Shown piece by piece: positions 1 to 12,482 of a stretch of DNA of 64,000 bases. Source of the stretch: Callorhinchus milii (taxonomy: Eukaryota); assembly GCF_018977255.1 (NCBI RefSeq), contig NW_024704742.1:44828001-44892000 (forward strand), given 5' to 3'. Made by a program: the position numbers and the translations under genes. The notes under the pieces are model-generated. The model saw nothing but the letters and a program-made list of their open reading frames with translations, had not been told where the DNA came from and made no database searches. Position 1 is the first letter of the stretch, and the number at the start of each line of letters is the position of its first letter.

Positions 1-45
1 TTGGGACGTCCTCCCGACGTGAAAAGCGCTATATCAAATGCAAGG

Positions 46-83
<38 letters not shown>
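1..83 (+). mobile_element. 3' end of an L2-type element (stem-loop plus (TTA)n tail), cut by the window start
   Basis: ttgggacgtcctcccgacgtgaaaagcgct matches the L2 3' stem-loop at 56867-56900 (minus); followed by atatcaaatgcaagg and about 12 TTA units. Confidence 0.8.
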
Positions 84-351
84 CTCAGTGGCAACTTTCC
101 TGTCCTCCAGGCTATGGCGTTATCCCACCTTGCGCCGACTCCATTTTAAAGGGGCACTCGGAAACCATTCGTAAATTTCCTGATTTCCCAAATAGCCAGC
201 CCACTCCTGGGGAGCAGTGAGTCAACATTCCTTGTTCTCTTTCAGCTTCCCCTATGGCAAGTGCAGTTTGAAAAGATAAGCCATCAAGCAGATTTTGGAG
301 GTGGAAAGAGAATTGTACCATTATAACCAACTAGTACTGAGTGTTGAATCA

Positions 352-412
352 GTGCTCTGAGACTCTACCCCACATGAAGGGTGCTATATAAATGCAAGTT
401 ATTGTTGTTATT
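352..412 (+). mobile_element. L2 3' tail fragment
   Basis: ctctgagactctacccc..tgaagggtgctatataaatgcaagttattgttg, similar to 56535-56587. Confidence 0.6.
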
Positions 413-1115
413 GACCAAATTCCTGTTGCTTTTAGCTTGGCATAAATCTGCTGTCACAAATCGTTCAAGATTTTCTGTGACTCCAGAGGTTGGTGCAGCT
501 AGAAGGAATCTTTTTTNATTCAATGCATTTCACGATAATGAATATAAGTCTTGTGTTTGTCTTATGATTTTTTATTGCTGTGGTTTCAGTTCCAGCGATA
601 TTAGTTTCAACCTTCAGACACTCAAACTTTTAAAACAGTCATCCCAGGTCATACAATCAACTTCAGGCACAATTGCAACTAATTATCTAGGCAAGAAGCA
701 TCCCATATTAGTGTTTGTGCAGTACAAGCACTCAGCGGAAAATTGTTTTTTTTGGGGCAGCAAATTTATTTTGTGCGTTATTACTGCTAAGTCACATTTA
801 GCACTGTGCAAATTAATTGCAGAAGTTAAACATTGCTGCCCATGTAGAAAATCAACAATTAAATCAATAATTAAGGGGCATAATGGATTAAAATAAGACC
901 AGTTACTATTCTGCAACCACCATAATATGTTATACATGGGTGCCAATGTGACTGAGTTGAAGCAGGGTTAACTGGTGCTGGAGCACACAGTAATTTGTAG
1001 TCAAAGCAGATAGCAATTTTTGAAATATTTCCGTTGATGACATTTGCTCAACAAAACTGGAGAGATTATTAAGGCATTATCTAGTCCAAAGTGTTTACGG
1101 ATGTCAGACACATTA

Positions 1116-1488
1116 TCCTGTAGCGCATTAGTTAGAGCGCTCACCTCACAAGTGAGAGGACCTGGGTTTAATTCCTGTACAGGGTGAAACGTTAGGCAAG
1201 TTTCCTTACTCCACACACCTCTGTTTACCTTGCAATAAGTAGGAACCGGGTTGTTAATCGATTGGTGGATCACTATTCTGGGGGGAATTATCTCTTCAAA
1301 AATAAAATAAATAATTTGATCACTCAATCCACAACTGTTTGTGGGACACTGCTGTGCGTCGTTGGCTACCGTATCTCGACCACAAAATATACAGTCAATT
1401 CACTTTACAGTATATTCTGTGAAGCGCTTGAGACGTTTTGAATACTTGATAAGGTACTATATTAAATGCAAGGATTATTATTATTATT
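1116..1488 (+). mobile_element. tRNA-derived SINE, family A, long form, full length
   Basis: tRNA-like head with A/B boxes (tcctgtagcgcattagttagagc...gggtttaattcc), L2-like 3' stem-loop, (TTA)n tail; homologous copies at 17.1, 28.1, 31.6 and 43.0 kb. Confidence 0.9.
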
Positions 1489-4252
1489 GCCAGAACTTGC
1501 AGGGTCAAATATGATTTGGGTTCAGCACATTTGGAATCAGATTCTGTAATGCAACAACTTTACCTCTAACTATGAACTAGCGGACCCCATAAAAATCTTT
1601 GTTATTGGCTCTTTCTGAATCTACATAGTGAACATACATCAATCACTCAACCTTACAAAATTGAAAGCAGGGGGTGATTAATGTACTTCTACAGATTATG
1701 TTTTGGTGCACACTCTATCGGAAAGCAAAGCAGCAGCAGTTAGTTGCTTAACAGCACTCATAGGATAGTTTATTCTCCAAGGTCATCGACTAAACATGTG
1801 CTGAAATTTGTGCACCCACACATAATGCCTTTGCTTTCCTTGGAATCTATTCTATGTATATGCATGTAGTTTATAGTGCCCAGAACATTACATTGATATA
1901 TTATATAATTATTAGATTAGCGATTGTTATTATTCATTTGCATATCAATGACCCAGATCAGCTCATGTCCAGGGCCTGACAGTCGTTACAACCACCCAGT
2001 CATTTTTGTCTGGTTGTTTCATCAGACCTGCTAGTAAAGTGCAATCTTATCTATGCATTTTCTCTTCATTCACATCATTAAATTGTTTAGCATACATCTG
2101 GTTACATACTATTCTTATGAAATAAAGACTCTTACCCCCAATCAGAAACTTTGGAACTCCTCACCCCCATCTGTCTTCCTTTCTTCTTGAATTTAAACAC
2201 CACACTTGCAGTCATTTAAGCACTATTTCTTGATTTACTTCAGCCATTTCCTACAACTTTTTTGTAGTCATTGTTGTTGGTGTATCATTAGAACTGCTGG
2301 CTTAGTGCAACCTTATTATTATAGTGCTTGGACTGACCTTGTCAAATTTTCCAAAGGGATTTATTTTCAGTGTAAATTTTCAGTGTGAATTATCAGTGGG
2401 TTTACCAATACAACATGCTGTTTCAAAATAATAAGACTTCAAAACAAGATGATATAAATTAAACTTCATAACATTATCATCATTGCTCTGTAACCTTATA
2501 AGACACTAAAGCCATTTACTACTCTATATATAATGCTCACGGATGTTCAGGCTGTATTATGTTTTATATATCTGATGCAAACTGCCTTGTAATAAAAGTG
2601 CAGTGAGTTTATCACAAATGCAAAGCCTTCAAATGGACATAATCTTGCATGATGTAAAAGCAGCCGTCTGGTTCTTAATATCTACCAGAAAGATTGCTGC
2701 CAACGAGAACACAAAAAATAACCTGTACCATTTCAGAATGCAAGTGAGTGATTTTAAGGCAGAGGTCTGATCTTGGGAGTTCAGGTAAAGATTATGAAGC
2801 TCCTTCAAGAGATTATTATTTTGAAATCACTCTCATAGATCTATTATCCTGTATACCACTTCTGCAAAACAGCAAATAGGCAGAGCAAAGAAAGTGTCAT
2901 TATGTGGCAACAAATTCATTGTATGTTAAATAGGTAACAAGGTTTCTTTGGATATATTATTTATAAGCCTCAAATTCATTCATTATAAATCTCAATCTAT
3001 ATGTACACTGGCGGCACAAATCAACAATGTGATTTTGAGGGTAAGGAAAATTATAGTGCAGACAAAATGCATTCTAGCTCTGTTGAGACTAACAGTACTC
3101 TAGAAAAAATGTTTCCATTCATTTACTGTGTTTGTCCAGTTTCTTGAGATGGAATTGCGACATGCTTCTCTGAACCACTAAGTGCCACAACATTACCACA
3201 CAAGATTAAGTCTAGTCAGATACAAAGCATGGAGTTCCCTGTGGAAACAGGAAAAATAGAAAAGTGCTCACAAAGACAAGTAAAATGATACAGACTTTCC
3301 AATTAATCAATCAATAATTAAGTCTGATACTTGTCTAAATGGTAAAACAGTGCCCACTCCATTATCCTGGGAGTAGATTGCATTTTCATTATTAACATTT
3401 CGGTCACCAGATATAATGGATTTACAAAGGATGAAAGAAAAACACAACAAATGGACTCCACTAATGTACTCTGTCTATGAAATCTATAAATCCCCAAAAT
3501 ACCTCTTCCTATTTGAATGGTATGAAAAGAGAGCAGGGATTTCCCAAAGGACATGAAAGCAAAATGTAATATTTCCTAGGGTTTCTGAAATAATGGGTTT
3601 TCTTTCAAAATCTTATTGAAATTCTTCCTCACAAAATTACAGTTAACTGTGGATAGTTTGGTACTGCTGAACTGATTAATATTGGAAGGACTGATCTGCA
3701 ATTGAATTATTGTTGCAAACAAATGAAGCCATCAAAAAGTGACTTGAAAGGCTGTAAAATATTACTCTAACGCTAAGCAATATTCTAGCTTTGGTGTCTA
3801 ATTTAAAATCTTAACAAAAAATGGCGCAAACTCCCAAATCTTGCTGCAACTTTAAACATTTACCAAGCCTTTTCATTATTTACAATCATTTTACTGCTGG
3901 TGTTTTTAAAAGGACTGCCATGTTGTGAGGGTGAACTGTGCACTGTAGGTAACTAAATAATGTCACAATATGTTAGTCAATTCACCCTCCTACTGGTATT
4001 CTGTGAGGTTTCAGCACAAACAGCCCATCAATCAAGCTAATGTAAAAAGTGCTGAAGCATAATGGAAAGGAGGCTGATGGGCAGTGTGGTTTTGCAGTTT
4101 ATTGATGCTTCAAAGATCTGTTGCAGAGAATGTTAGGCTTCTGGTTTACAGGCATGATTCACTCTATGACAAGTTACACCAGGTGACGACAGGGGCCTGA
4201 CACCTCCCCACAGGGAAGGACAGAAAATTTGACAAGGTCACCCCAAGCACTA

Positions 4253-4511
4253 TAATAATAATCCTTGTATTTGATATAGCACCTTATCCAATCAAAACAC
4301 TTTGCAGAGTTTTTCTGTAAAGAACAGTGACTGTGTAGGTGAATGTGTAGGTGAATGTGGCAGCCAATTTGCTCACAGCAATGTCTCACAAACAGCCGGG
4401 AATTGGGGATTGTTAGTCAAGGCACAGGAAAAAACTCCATTCTCTTTTCTGAATTGTGTCATGGGTTCTTTAGCGTTCACCTGAACAACCGGTTTAACGT
4501 CTTATCTGAAA
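4253..4511 (-). mobile_element. SINE family B (Deu-domain, SacSINE1/AmnSINE-like), 3' portion
   Basis: minus strand ttcagataagacgttaaaccgg...ttcaggtgaacgctaaagaacccatgaca plus shared L2-like tail. Confidence 0.75.
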
Positions 4512-5417
4512 TCTTTGAATAGATACTCAGGGAAAATGTGCAGAATAAATTGGCCATTGATCTCATTGCTGCTAGTTGGGCTTTACTAGGCACAGATTTG
4601 TTTCCGGTTAACCTACTTCATATCAGTTACTACACTCAGTTAGATTAACATCTTGTATGAAGGTCTTTGATTTGATAAGGCAGAATCAATTAATTATACA
4701 AAATGAATTCTGTATTTCTTATCTAATTTGATTTATACATTTTATACTTTTTAAAAAAAGGAACTATAAACTTTGCAAAGGGGATTAACACTCCACTAAA
4801 ATGTGCTAAATGTCCAAACTTTAGTCAATCGAAAGCCAAAAGTTCAAAGAAGCAACCAGGTCAATCTTTGTTACAATTTTTTTCTGTCCAACAAAGAAGC
4901 TCTACCCCTCAATACGTTGCTTCATTGACACTTCAAACAGTGAGATAACTCTCTGATAAAATAAAAAACTTGTATTTTTAAAATGTTATTCACGTAAAAC
5001 AATGTCTCAGAACATTTAACAAAGAAAGCAAAAGGTTCCTTTTGATAACTGATGAGTGGGTCAGCAAGGGTTAAACATGCTTTCTGTCAAGTTGTGCTTT
5101 TTGAGGAGAGCTGAGATCTAACGGTGAGGATGCTTTTGATTCAGTTCTGTGTCCTTTAGCTAAATTTCAACACCAGCAGAAATTATGACAATGATTTTAG
5201 GGTTTTGGGGTTACAAAACCAGGATGATATAATTGTCTACAGACAAATAGTTCCAGAACAGGATGAAACATTGAGTGGTGCTCTGTATTAATGATGCTGG
5301 GCAAAAGTGTTACCTTAGACTGAATAAAGTACATTTGCTTAGTGATCTGGTTTTACCAGAAGTGTTACAATCCAGTCAAGCTCATATTGTTGCACTGTTG
5401 TTGCCTGTAGATAACCA

Positions 5418-5579
5418 CAACACATTATATTTATATAGTGCCTTTAACACCAGGAGGGTGTCTCAAGGTGCTCGACATTAAGGGATTTGGACCCGAGTAG
5501 GGGGCGGAGATCAGGGGGGTAGGAGGGTGTCCAAAGGCGCGGTTGAATAGGAGGGTCTTGAGACATGCCTTCCATAAGG
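5418..5579 (-). mobile_element. L2 LINE 3' end (first part of an interrupted copy)
   Basis: encodes LKTLLFNRAF, followed by 3' stem-loop and tail; continues at 6541. Confidence 0.8.
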
Positions 5580-6541
5580 CTAAGGGAAGCATGGATACAT
5601 AATTGATTGGGAGGCAGAAAGCAGAGGGTAGTGGTGAATGGTTGTTTTTCAGATTGGAGGGAAGTATACAGTTGTGTCTTCCCGAGGTCACTATTAGGTC
5701 CACTATTCTTTTTGATACGCATGAATGACTTGGACTTGGGTACAGAGAGCAAAATTTTAAAGTTTGCACATGATACAAAACTTGGGAACATAGTAAACAG
5801 TGAGGATGATAATAGCAGACTGCAGGAGGACACAGACAGACTGATGAAATGAGCAGACACATGGCAGATGAAGTTTAATGAGGTGATACATTTTGGGAGG
5901 AAGAATGAGGAGAGGCAATATAAGCTAGATGATAAAGTTTTAAAGGAGGTTCAGGAGGAGAGAAACCTGGGGGTTCACAAACACGGGTCTTTGAAGGTGG
6001 CAGGACAAGTTGATAGAGCTGTTAAAAAGCATATGGAATCCTTTGCTTTATAAATAGAGGTATAGAGTACAATAGCAAGGAATTTCTGCTAAACCTTTAT
6101 ACGCTCCTGGTTAGGCCTCACCTGGAGTATTGGGCGCAGAGGAGATTTACCAGGGTAGTATCAAGGATGAAGGACTTTAATTATGTGGAGAAATGAGAGA
6201 ATATGGGATGTTCTCCTTTGAGCAGAGAAGGTCAAGGGGAGATTTAATAGAGGTGTTCAAAATTATGAGGGGTTTTGATAGGGAGAAACTGCTTCCACTG
6301 GCAGATGGTTTGGTAACCAGGGCACATCGATTTAAGATAATTGGCAAAAGAACCAGAGGGGAGATGAGGAGAAATGTTTTTATACAGAGAGTTGTTATAG
6401 TCTGGAATGCATTGCTTGAAAGAGTGGTGGAAAGAAAATTGCAAGGACATGGGGAAAAAGCAGGGGAGCAGGATTGCTTGGGTAGTTCTTCTAAAGAGCC
6501 GACCCAGGGACAATGGGCTGAATGGCCTCCTTCTGTGCTGT
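5580..6541 (+). mobile_element. CR1-clade LINE, 5'-truncated RT fragment with internal deletions
   Basis: RKQRVVVNGCFSDW...LLGPLFF...ILKFAHDTKLG; RGDLIEVFKIMRGFD; 3' end gggctgaatggcctccttctgtgctgt. Confidence 0.92.
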
Positions 6542-7195
6542 GGGCTGGAATTCCAAACGGTGGGGGCAGAGAGGCCGAAGGCCCAATGGCCGATGTTTGA
6601 GCTGGCCGGGATGGGGAGTGGTTTGTGGAGCATCCTGGAGCAGAGGGAGCAGACAGGTTGATACAGTGTTAGCAAGTCACAGAGGTGGGCAGGGACAAGC
6701 AGGGAGTTGGGATAGTCGAACATAGATGTGTTAAATTTGTGGATGAAGGTTTCGGCAGCCTGAGGGGAGAGGCAGTGGCGGAGTCGGACAATGTTGCAGA
6801 GGTGGGGGAAGGCAGAGCAGGTCATGGTCCTGGAGTTAAGGGTAGAGGTAGAGAGTTAGAGTTGGGTGTCATCTGTATACATGTAGAAGTTGACTCCATG
6901 ACTCCAGATGATTTCACCAAGAAGGAGCATATGTACATATTGAAGAGGAGGGAACCAAGGACAGAGCCCTGAGGAACGCCGCACAAGATGGTGCAGGGGC
7001 TGGAGGAGAAGCTGTTCGTGGAAACAAAGTGGAGACAGTGTGAAAGGTAGGATCTGAACCAGTCAAGGACAGAACCAGAACCATGAGGTTAGACAAGAGG
7101 TAGTGGAGGAGGATAAAGTGGTCAATGGTGTCAAAGGCAGCAGAGAGATCAAGGAGGATGAGGAGATAGAGGGAGCACTAGTCACAGATGGGATA
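6542..7195 (-). mobile_element. L2 LINE ORF2 fragments (continuation of the 5418-5579 copy)
   Basis: AFPHLCNIVRLRHCLSPQAAETFIH; agttgggtgtcatctgtatacatgtagaagttgac is YTDD/YADD region on minus; homologous to 8400-9480. Confidence 0.85.
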
Positions 7196-7289
7196 TCATC
7201 AGACTACACTTTTCCTGCATTGCACAGTAAGTTTGTACCAAAGCATATTTCTGTGTTGTGACTTGTGGACTCCCATGCATGAAAACACT

Positions 7290-8105
7290 TTTAATTAGAC
7301 TGATGCTATTAAGCAGTTGGACAAGGTCATTACATTGCATCATTGCAGCTATTGATGTTCTAGTTTATGGACATGGTACTTGATTCCCTGGAGCAGCTAG
7401 GTCAAACATGAGGGAACCTGTTAAGTGGGATCCCTCAGTTGTCTGTATTGGAAGGCCTAAGGTTGCATGTATATACCTGGATTCGTATTTGGGCAACTTG
7501 AAAAAAATCAGAAAAGATAAGATAAAAGGTCTTACAAAGTGAGCTTCGTATGGCTTGCACATGGACTGATACAGTGGCAAATGATGTTCAGTAGAGATAA
7601 ATGTAAGGTACTACATATAGGAATTAAAATTTGGAAGCACATGTAATCCATAGATAAGATTGAACTTGCCATGGAGGAAAGCTGAAAGAAACCTGAGGTG
7701 AAAGTTGACTCATTGTTCACAATGTCAAAATAGTGTGAGACAATATAAAAGGCAAACACGACACTGAGCTATATTGCTAAATCGGTTTTCAGATCCCCAG
7801 AAGCCATACCTACGCAAGCTGCACAATGCTGTGGCTATACCACAACAGGAGCACCGAGTACTGTTATGGGCGCTGCTACACAAGTGTTGACTGATGATAT
7901 CTCCAATTCTAGAATGTCTAGAAGCAGTGAGAGTACGAGGGTGAATGATTCCAAGTCATCGAGGGATGAGCTATGAGGAAGAATGAGATCAAATGGGCTG
8001 AAGGGCTTACTTCATCAAATGTTTCTTGTGAATTTAACTATAGAATGACAGAAATATATGATACGGTAGGAGGTGATTCAACCCATTATTTTGCGTTGGT
8101 GTTTA
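7290..8105 (+). mobile_element. Old degraded CR1 RT fragment
   Basis: agtgggatccctcag...gtattgg (SGxPQGSVLG-like); tggcaaatgatgttcagtagagataaatgtaaggtactacatatagga = WQMMFSRDKCKVLHIG. Confidence 0.7.
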
Positions 8106-8182
8106 CTCCTCCAAGAAGCCATCCATCCTTAGACCTTGCTCTTTACCCCTTGCATGTGCTGGTCAAATTGTTTTTATTTAAC

Positions 8183-11100
8183 TACAACAACAACAACAAC
8201 AAGATTCCATTTATAGAGCGCCTTTCAGTCGGGTGGACGTCCCAAGGCGCTGTACAGTTGGGTCAGGACCCGAGCAGGGGGGAAATGGTCAGGGTGAGGG
8301 GAGGGAAGGGAGAGAGCGTGGAGGGGGTAGAGAGTTGAGAGGGGAGCTGAAGGCACGATCAAAGAGAAAGGTCTTGAGACCGGCCTTGAAGGAGGAAAGG
8401 GAGGAGGCGGCGAAGGCACTGGGGGATAGAGTTCCAGAGCCCAGGGGCTGAGAGGCTGAAGGCCCGGCCACCAATGGTAGGGCGGTTGGGGCGGGGGATG
8501 TGGAGCAGACCGGAGCCAGAGGAACGGAGGGTACGGGCAGGTAGGTAGGGGGATAGTAGGTCAGAGAGGTAGGAGGGAGCAAGGCCGTGAATGGCCTTGT
8601 AGGTGAGGATGAGGATCTTGAATTCGATCCTCTGAGGGATGGGGAGCCAGTGGAGGCGAGCGAGGGTGGGAGTGATGTGGTCCCGAAGCCTGGTGCGGGA
8701 CAGTACACGAGCTGCAGAGTTCTGAATGACCTGCAGCTTGTGGAGGGAGGTGCCGGGAAGGCCGGCGAGGAGAGAGTTCCCATAGTCCAGCCTTGAGGTG
8801 ATAAAGGCGTGGACCAGGGTTTCAGCAGCGTGAGGGGTGAGGTAGTGCCGTAGTCTGGCGATGTTCCGGAGGTGATGGAAGGCGGTGCCAGTTGTGGCGC
8901 GGATATGAGGGAGAAAGGACAGCTCAGGGTCGAACAGAACCGAGGTTCCTGACCGGCTTTGAGAGGTGGAGAGTGCAGCCTTGGATGCTGATGCTGTCAG
9001 CGCCTGAGGTGCGGAGGCGCTGACGTGAGCCAATCAGGAGGGCCTCAGTTTTTCACACGTTGAGCTGAAGAAAGTTGTCTCTCGTCCAGGACTCGATGTC
9101 GGACAGGCAGCTGTCAGGACATCGGTGGTCGTGGAGTTGAGGGTAGAGGAGGAAAGGTAGAGTTGGGTGTCATCCGCATACATGTGGAAGTTAACCACAT
9201 GTCTGCGGATGATGTCACCAAGGGGGAGCATATAGAGGGTGAAGAGGAGGGGACCGAGGACAGAGCCCTGAGGGACACCGCACGAGACAGTGCGGGGGCT
9301 GGAGGAAAAGCCGTTTGTGGAAACAAAGTGAAGACGGTGGGAGAGGTACGACCTAAACCACTCAAGGACAGGGCCTTGAAGGTTGAGGTGGGAGGACAAG
9401 CGGTGGAGGAGGATAGCGTGGTCAACCATATCGAATGCAGCCGATAGGTCGAGGAGGACAAGGAGGCAGAGGGAGCCCTGGTCGTATATGGTCAAGATGT
9501 CATTGGTGACTGTGACCAGGGCAGTTTCTGTGCTATGGGCAGCATGGAAACCCGACTGAAGGGGTTTGAATAATGAATGGGTGGAGAACAAAGAGCGCAG
9601 CTGGGAGGCCACAACTTATTCCAGAACCTTGGACAGGAAGGGGAGGTTGGAGAAGGGCCGGTAGCTTGATAGCTGTGACGCATCAAGGGAGGGTTTTTTC
9701 AAAGCGGGAGTGATGGTGGCAGTTTGTAGGGGAATGGGAACAGAGCCAGAGGAGAGGGACAGGTTGATGATGTCTGTGATATGTGGGGCAAGGAGTTGGA
9801 GCTGAGAGATAAGGAGTGGAGTGGGGATGGGGTCAAGGGAGCAGGTGGTGGGTTTCAGGGATAGGATGAGTTTGGTGACAGAGGGTGGGGAAACGGGTTC
9901 GAAGGTGTGCAGGAGCGGATGGGTAGGAGTCGGAGTGTGGGAGGGAGGGGGTGGGGGGGCTGGGTGGAGGTTGGAGCGGAAGTGACCACGGAGCGGATTC
10001 CCTTGAATTTGGATTCAAGGAAATCCAGCATCTCCTCGCAGTGAAGGTTGGAGGAGATGACCTGCGCTGGGTGGCGGGGGGGACGGAGGAGTCGGGATGT
10101 GGTAGAAAACAGAAGCCTGGGGTTGTTCTTCGCCTCCAGGATTATCCTGGAGTAGAAGGACGACTTGGCCGAGGCTAGAGTGGAGCGGTAGATTTTGAGG
10201 AGGTCCAGCCAGATTTGTCGGTGGACCGTTAGGCCAGATTTGAGGCAGGTGCGTTCAGCGGCCCGCACCTGGCTCTTCAGTGAGCGGAGGTGGGTGGTGA
10301 ACCAGGGGGAGGAGCGAGAGTAGGAGACAGTACGGGAGGTAATGGGGGCAAGAGTGTCGAGTGTGGTGGAGAGGGTGTTGTGGAGCAGGGTGAGAGTAGA
10401 AGAGGGGTCAGTGAGGGTTGAAGGCCAGAGGGAGAGGAGTTCAGAGGACTCCAAGGCAGCGGTTAGGGATTGTGGGGGTAACTTCTTCCAGGGGCGGTAG
10501 AAGATGGTGGTGGGTCTGGTGGAGGTGGGGAGGGGGGTGGAGGTGGTGAAGGAGATGAAGTGGTGATCGGAGATGGCCTTGTCGGTAATGGTGACATCCG
10601 AGACACTGAGGCCCCGGGTGATCACCAAGTCGAGTGGGTGGCCGTGACTGTGAGTGGGGGAGTTGATGTGGAGGGAGAGGTTGAGCGAGGAGAGCAGGGA
10701 AGAGAAGTCCGAGGAGATGGAGCAGGAGGGGGTGAAGTGCAGGTTGAAGTCGCCCAGGATGATGAGGCGATCAGAGCAGAGGCAGAGAGATGTAAGTAGT
10801 GTCGAAATATCGGAGATGAAGGTGGGAGAGGTTTTAGGGGGCCGGTAGAGGAGGAGGATTTTGAGTGAGAGGAAGGAGGGGTGGGAGGGGGTGAGGTGCT
10901 CAAAATAGGGGAAAGAGCCAGAGGAGTAGGGGAATACGGCAAGTGGTGTCCTTGAGATAAGGGCAACACCACAGCCACGGCGGTTGGGGCGAGGGATGTG
11001 GTGGGAGGTGTAGCCGGGTGTTGTGGCCTCCTTGAGGGGGAAGGTGTCACCTGGGGTGAGCCAGGTTTCCGTTAAGGCCATGATATCAACGTTCTCATCA

Positions 11101-11522
11101 AGGATGAGATCGTTGATGACCAGGGCCTTGTTACAGAGGGAGCGGACGTTTTGTAGTCCGATGTGGAGGGAGCGGTTGACAGAAGGGCACGCGGGGACCA
11201 GGAACGAGTGGTCAGGTGGATGGCATTAGCTCATAGGCTGGGGCTGGGGCAGCCAACCCAACAGAACCATGGTGGTCCCTGATGTGAGCCCTGGGGGTGG
11301 GCGGGATGGGGGGGGGCGCAGAGGGTTTTTTTTTGTTGTTGTTGCGCGCGCACACTGCTGAAAACTAAACTGATGTCAGTGGTTCCCCCACTCCGCCCCC
11401 ACCCCGCCCCCACAGCCTACTTGCACTCCCTGCCGCCGCAAGCTTTAATACCTGAGTAGGTAGGTCCAGGCTCCTCCCCGCGCTGTCCTGCCGCCGCTCC
11501 CCGATTAACTGATCTAACTGCC
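8183..11522 (-). mobile_element. Young, apparently full-length single-ORF L2 LINE (~3.3 kb)
   Basis: GC/CpG-rich block; APE endonuclease plus RT; 3' stem-loop and (TTG)n tail at 8183-8250; ~300-bp GC-rich 5' region ending near 11522. Confidence 0.95.
8359..11225 (-). pseudogene. L2 ORF2 (AP endonuclease - reverse transcriptase), disrupted by several frameshifts
   Basis: QNVRSL..ALTETWL, GDFNLH, LDLVIT, SDHH (endonuclease); [30 protein letters not shown] (RT); LHWLPI..RIEFK (L2 C-terminus); split over ORFs 9855-11081, 9034-9612 and 8359-9033. Confidence 0.93.
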
Positions 11523-11950
11523 TTCCCTAGCAAAACATTCCATACCCTGACAACCCATTGGGAAATAAAATTCTTTCAAACTATTCCTTGTACTCCCTGT
11601 CACAATCTTGAGTTCATGTCCTCTGGCTCTCGAATCCTCTACCAGCAGATCACATTTTTCCATGATTATTTCTCTCAAACCCTATGATTATCATAAACAC
11701 CTCTGTCATATCACCACTCAACCTTTTCAACTCCATTGCGTCCAACCTCTAATTCTCCATACAGCTGTATTATTTCATCTCAGGTATCGTCCTTGCAAAT
11801 CTACACAGCACCCTCTCCATAGTCTATCCTTTGTATAATATAGGCCCTAAGCTACATCCACCCATCCAGCTGCAGCCTACCCAATGTCTCACATATTCCT
11901 CATTACTTATTATGAAATCTGTCAGACTGGATATTATCACGATTATGTTT
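11523..11950 (-). mobile_element. Old CR1 fragment; probably continues 8110-8182 on the other side of the L2
   Basis: cattccataccctgacaacc...aaacacctctgtcatatcaccactcaacctt is the reverse complement of CR1 RLRGDxIEVFK and 3' region. Confidence 0.65.
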
Positions 11951-12482
11951 GGTTTTTGTGCTTGTATTGATGCTTAAATGAACTCTTCTTTAATGGAAAA
12001 AGACAAGCTATTCTATATGAGCTACATAACAGGTAACAAGAGATATGGAATAAAAAAACAATTATGCAATGATCATCAAGCCTTGACAACTTTCCTTCTA
12101 TATGAGTACCAGCTCAGCTCGAAAACAAATTGTACAAAGGTCATCTCACTCAAAGGCATTCAAACAATAATCTTTAGTATTGAATTGCATGGCAGAGCAT
12201 TCTTCCAATCTTTTTCTAGACTTCCTCTTTTTTTTGAAAAGATGATTTGAACATTATATAATGATAACTAGAATTTGAATAGTGTCTATACATAAAATAC
12301 ACATCTCTAAGCGTTTTACAAAATAAATTGATTAGAAATTAAATCAGCAGCTAATCTGCATCAGACACAATCAAATAAAATAAAAATGAGATCAGTACCC
12401 AGCTGTCTTGAATTCAGATTAAATTTAGATGAGGAGGGAATAAAAGTGAAGTTAACTGGAAGAAAGCATCACACTTTTTGAA

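Noticed and set aside
1782..1796. 15-mer gtcatcgactaaaca repeated at 40641
   Set aside because: A few exact 15-mer matches are expected by chance in 64 kb of AT-rich DNA; no extension
3927..3989. 12-bp imperfect hairpin (gagggtgaactg / caattcaccctc)
   Set aside because: Too short to distinguish from chance
8996..9024. Perfect 10-bp hairpin inside L2 ORF2
   Set aside because: Single instance in GC-rich coding sequence; no evidence of function
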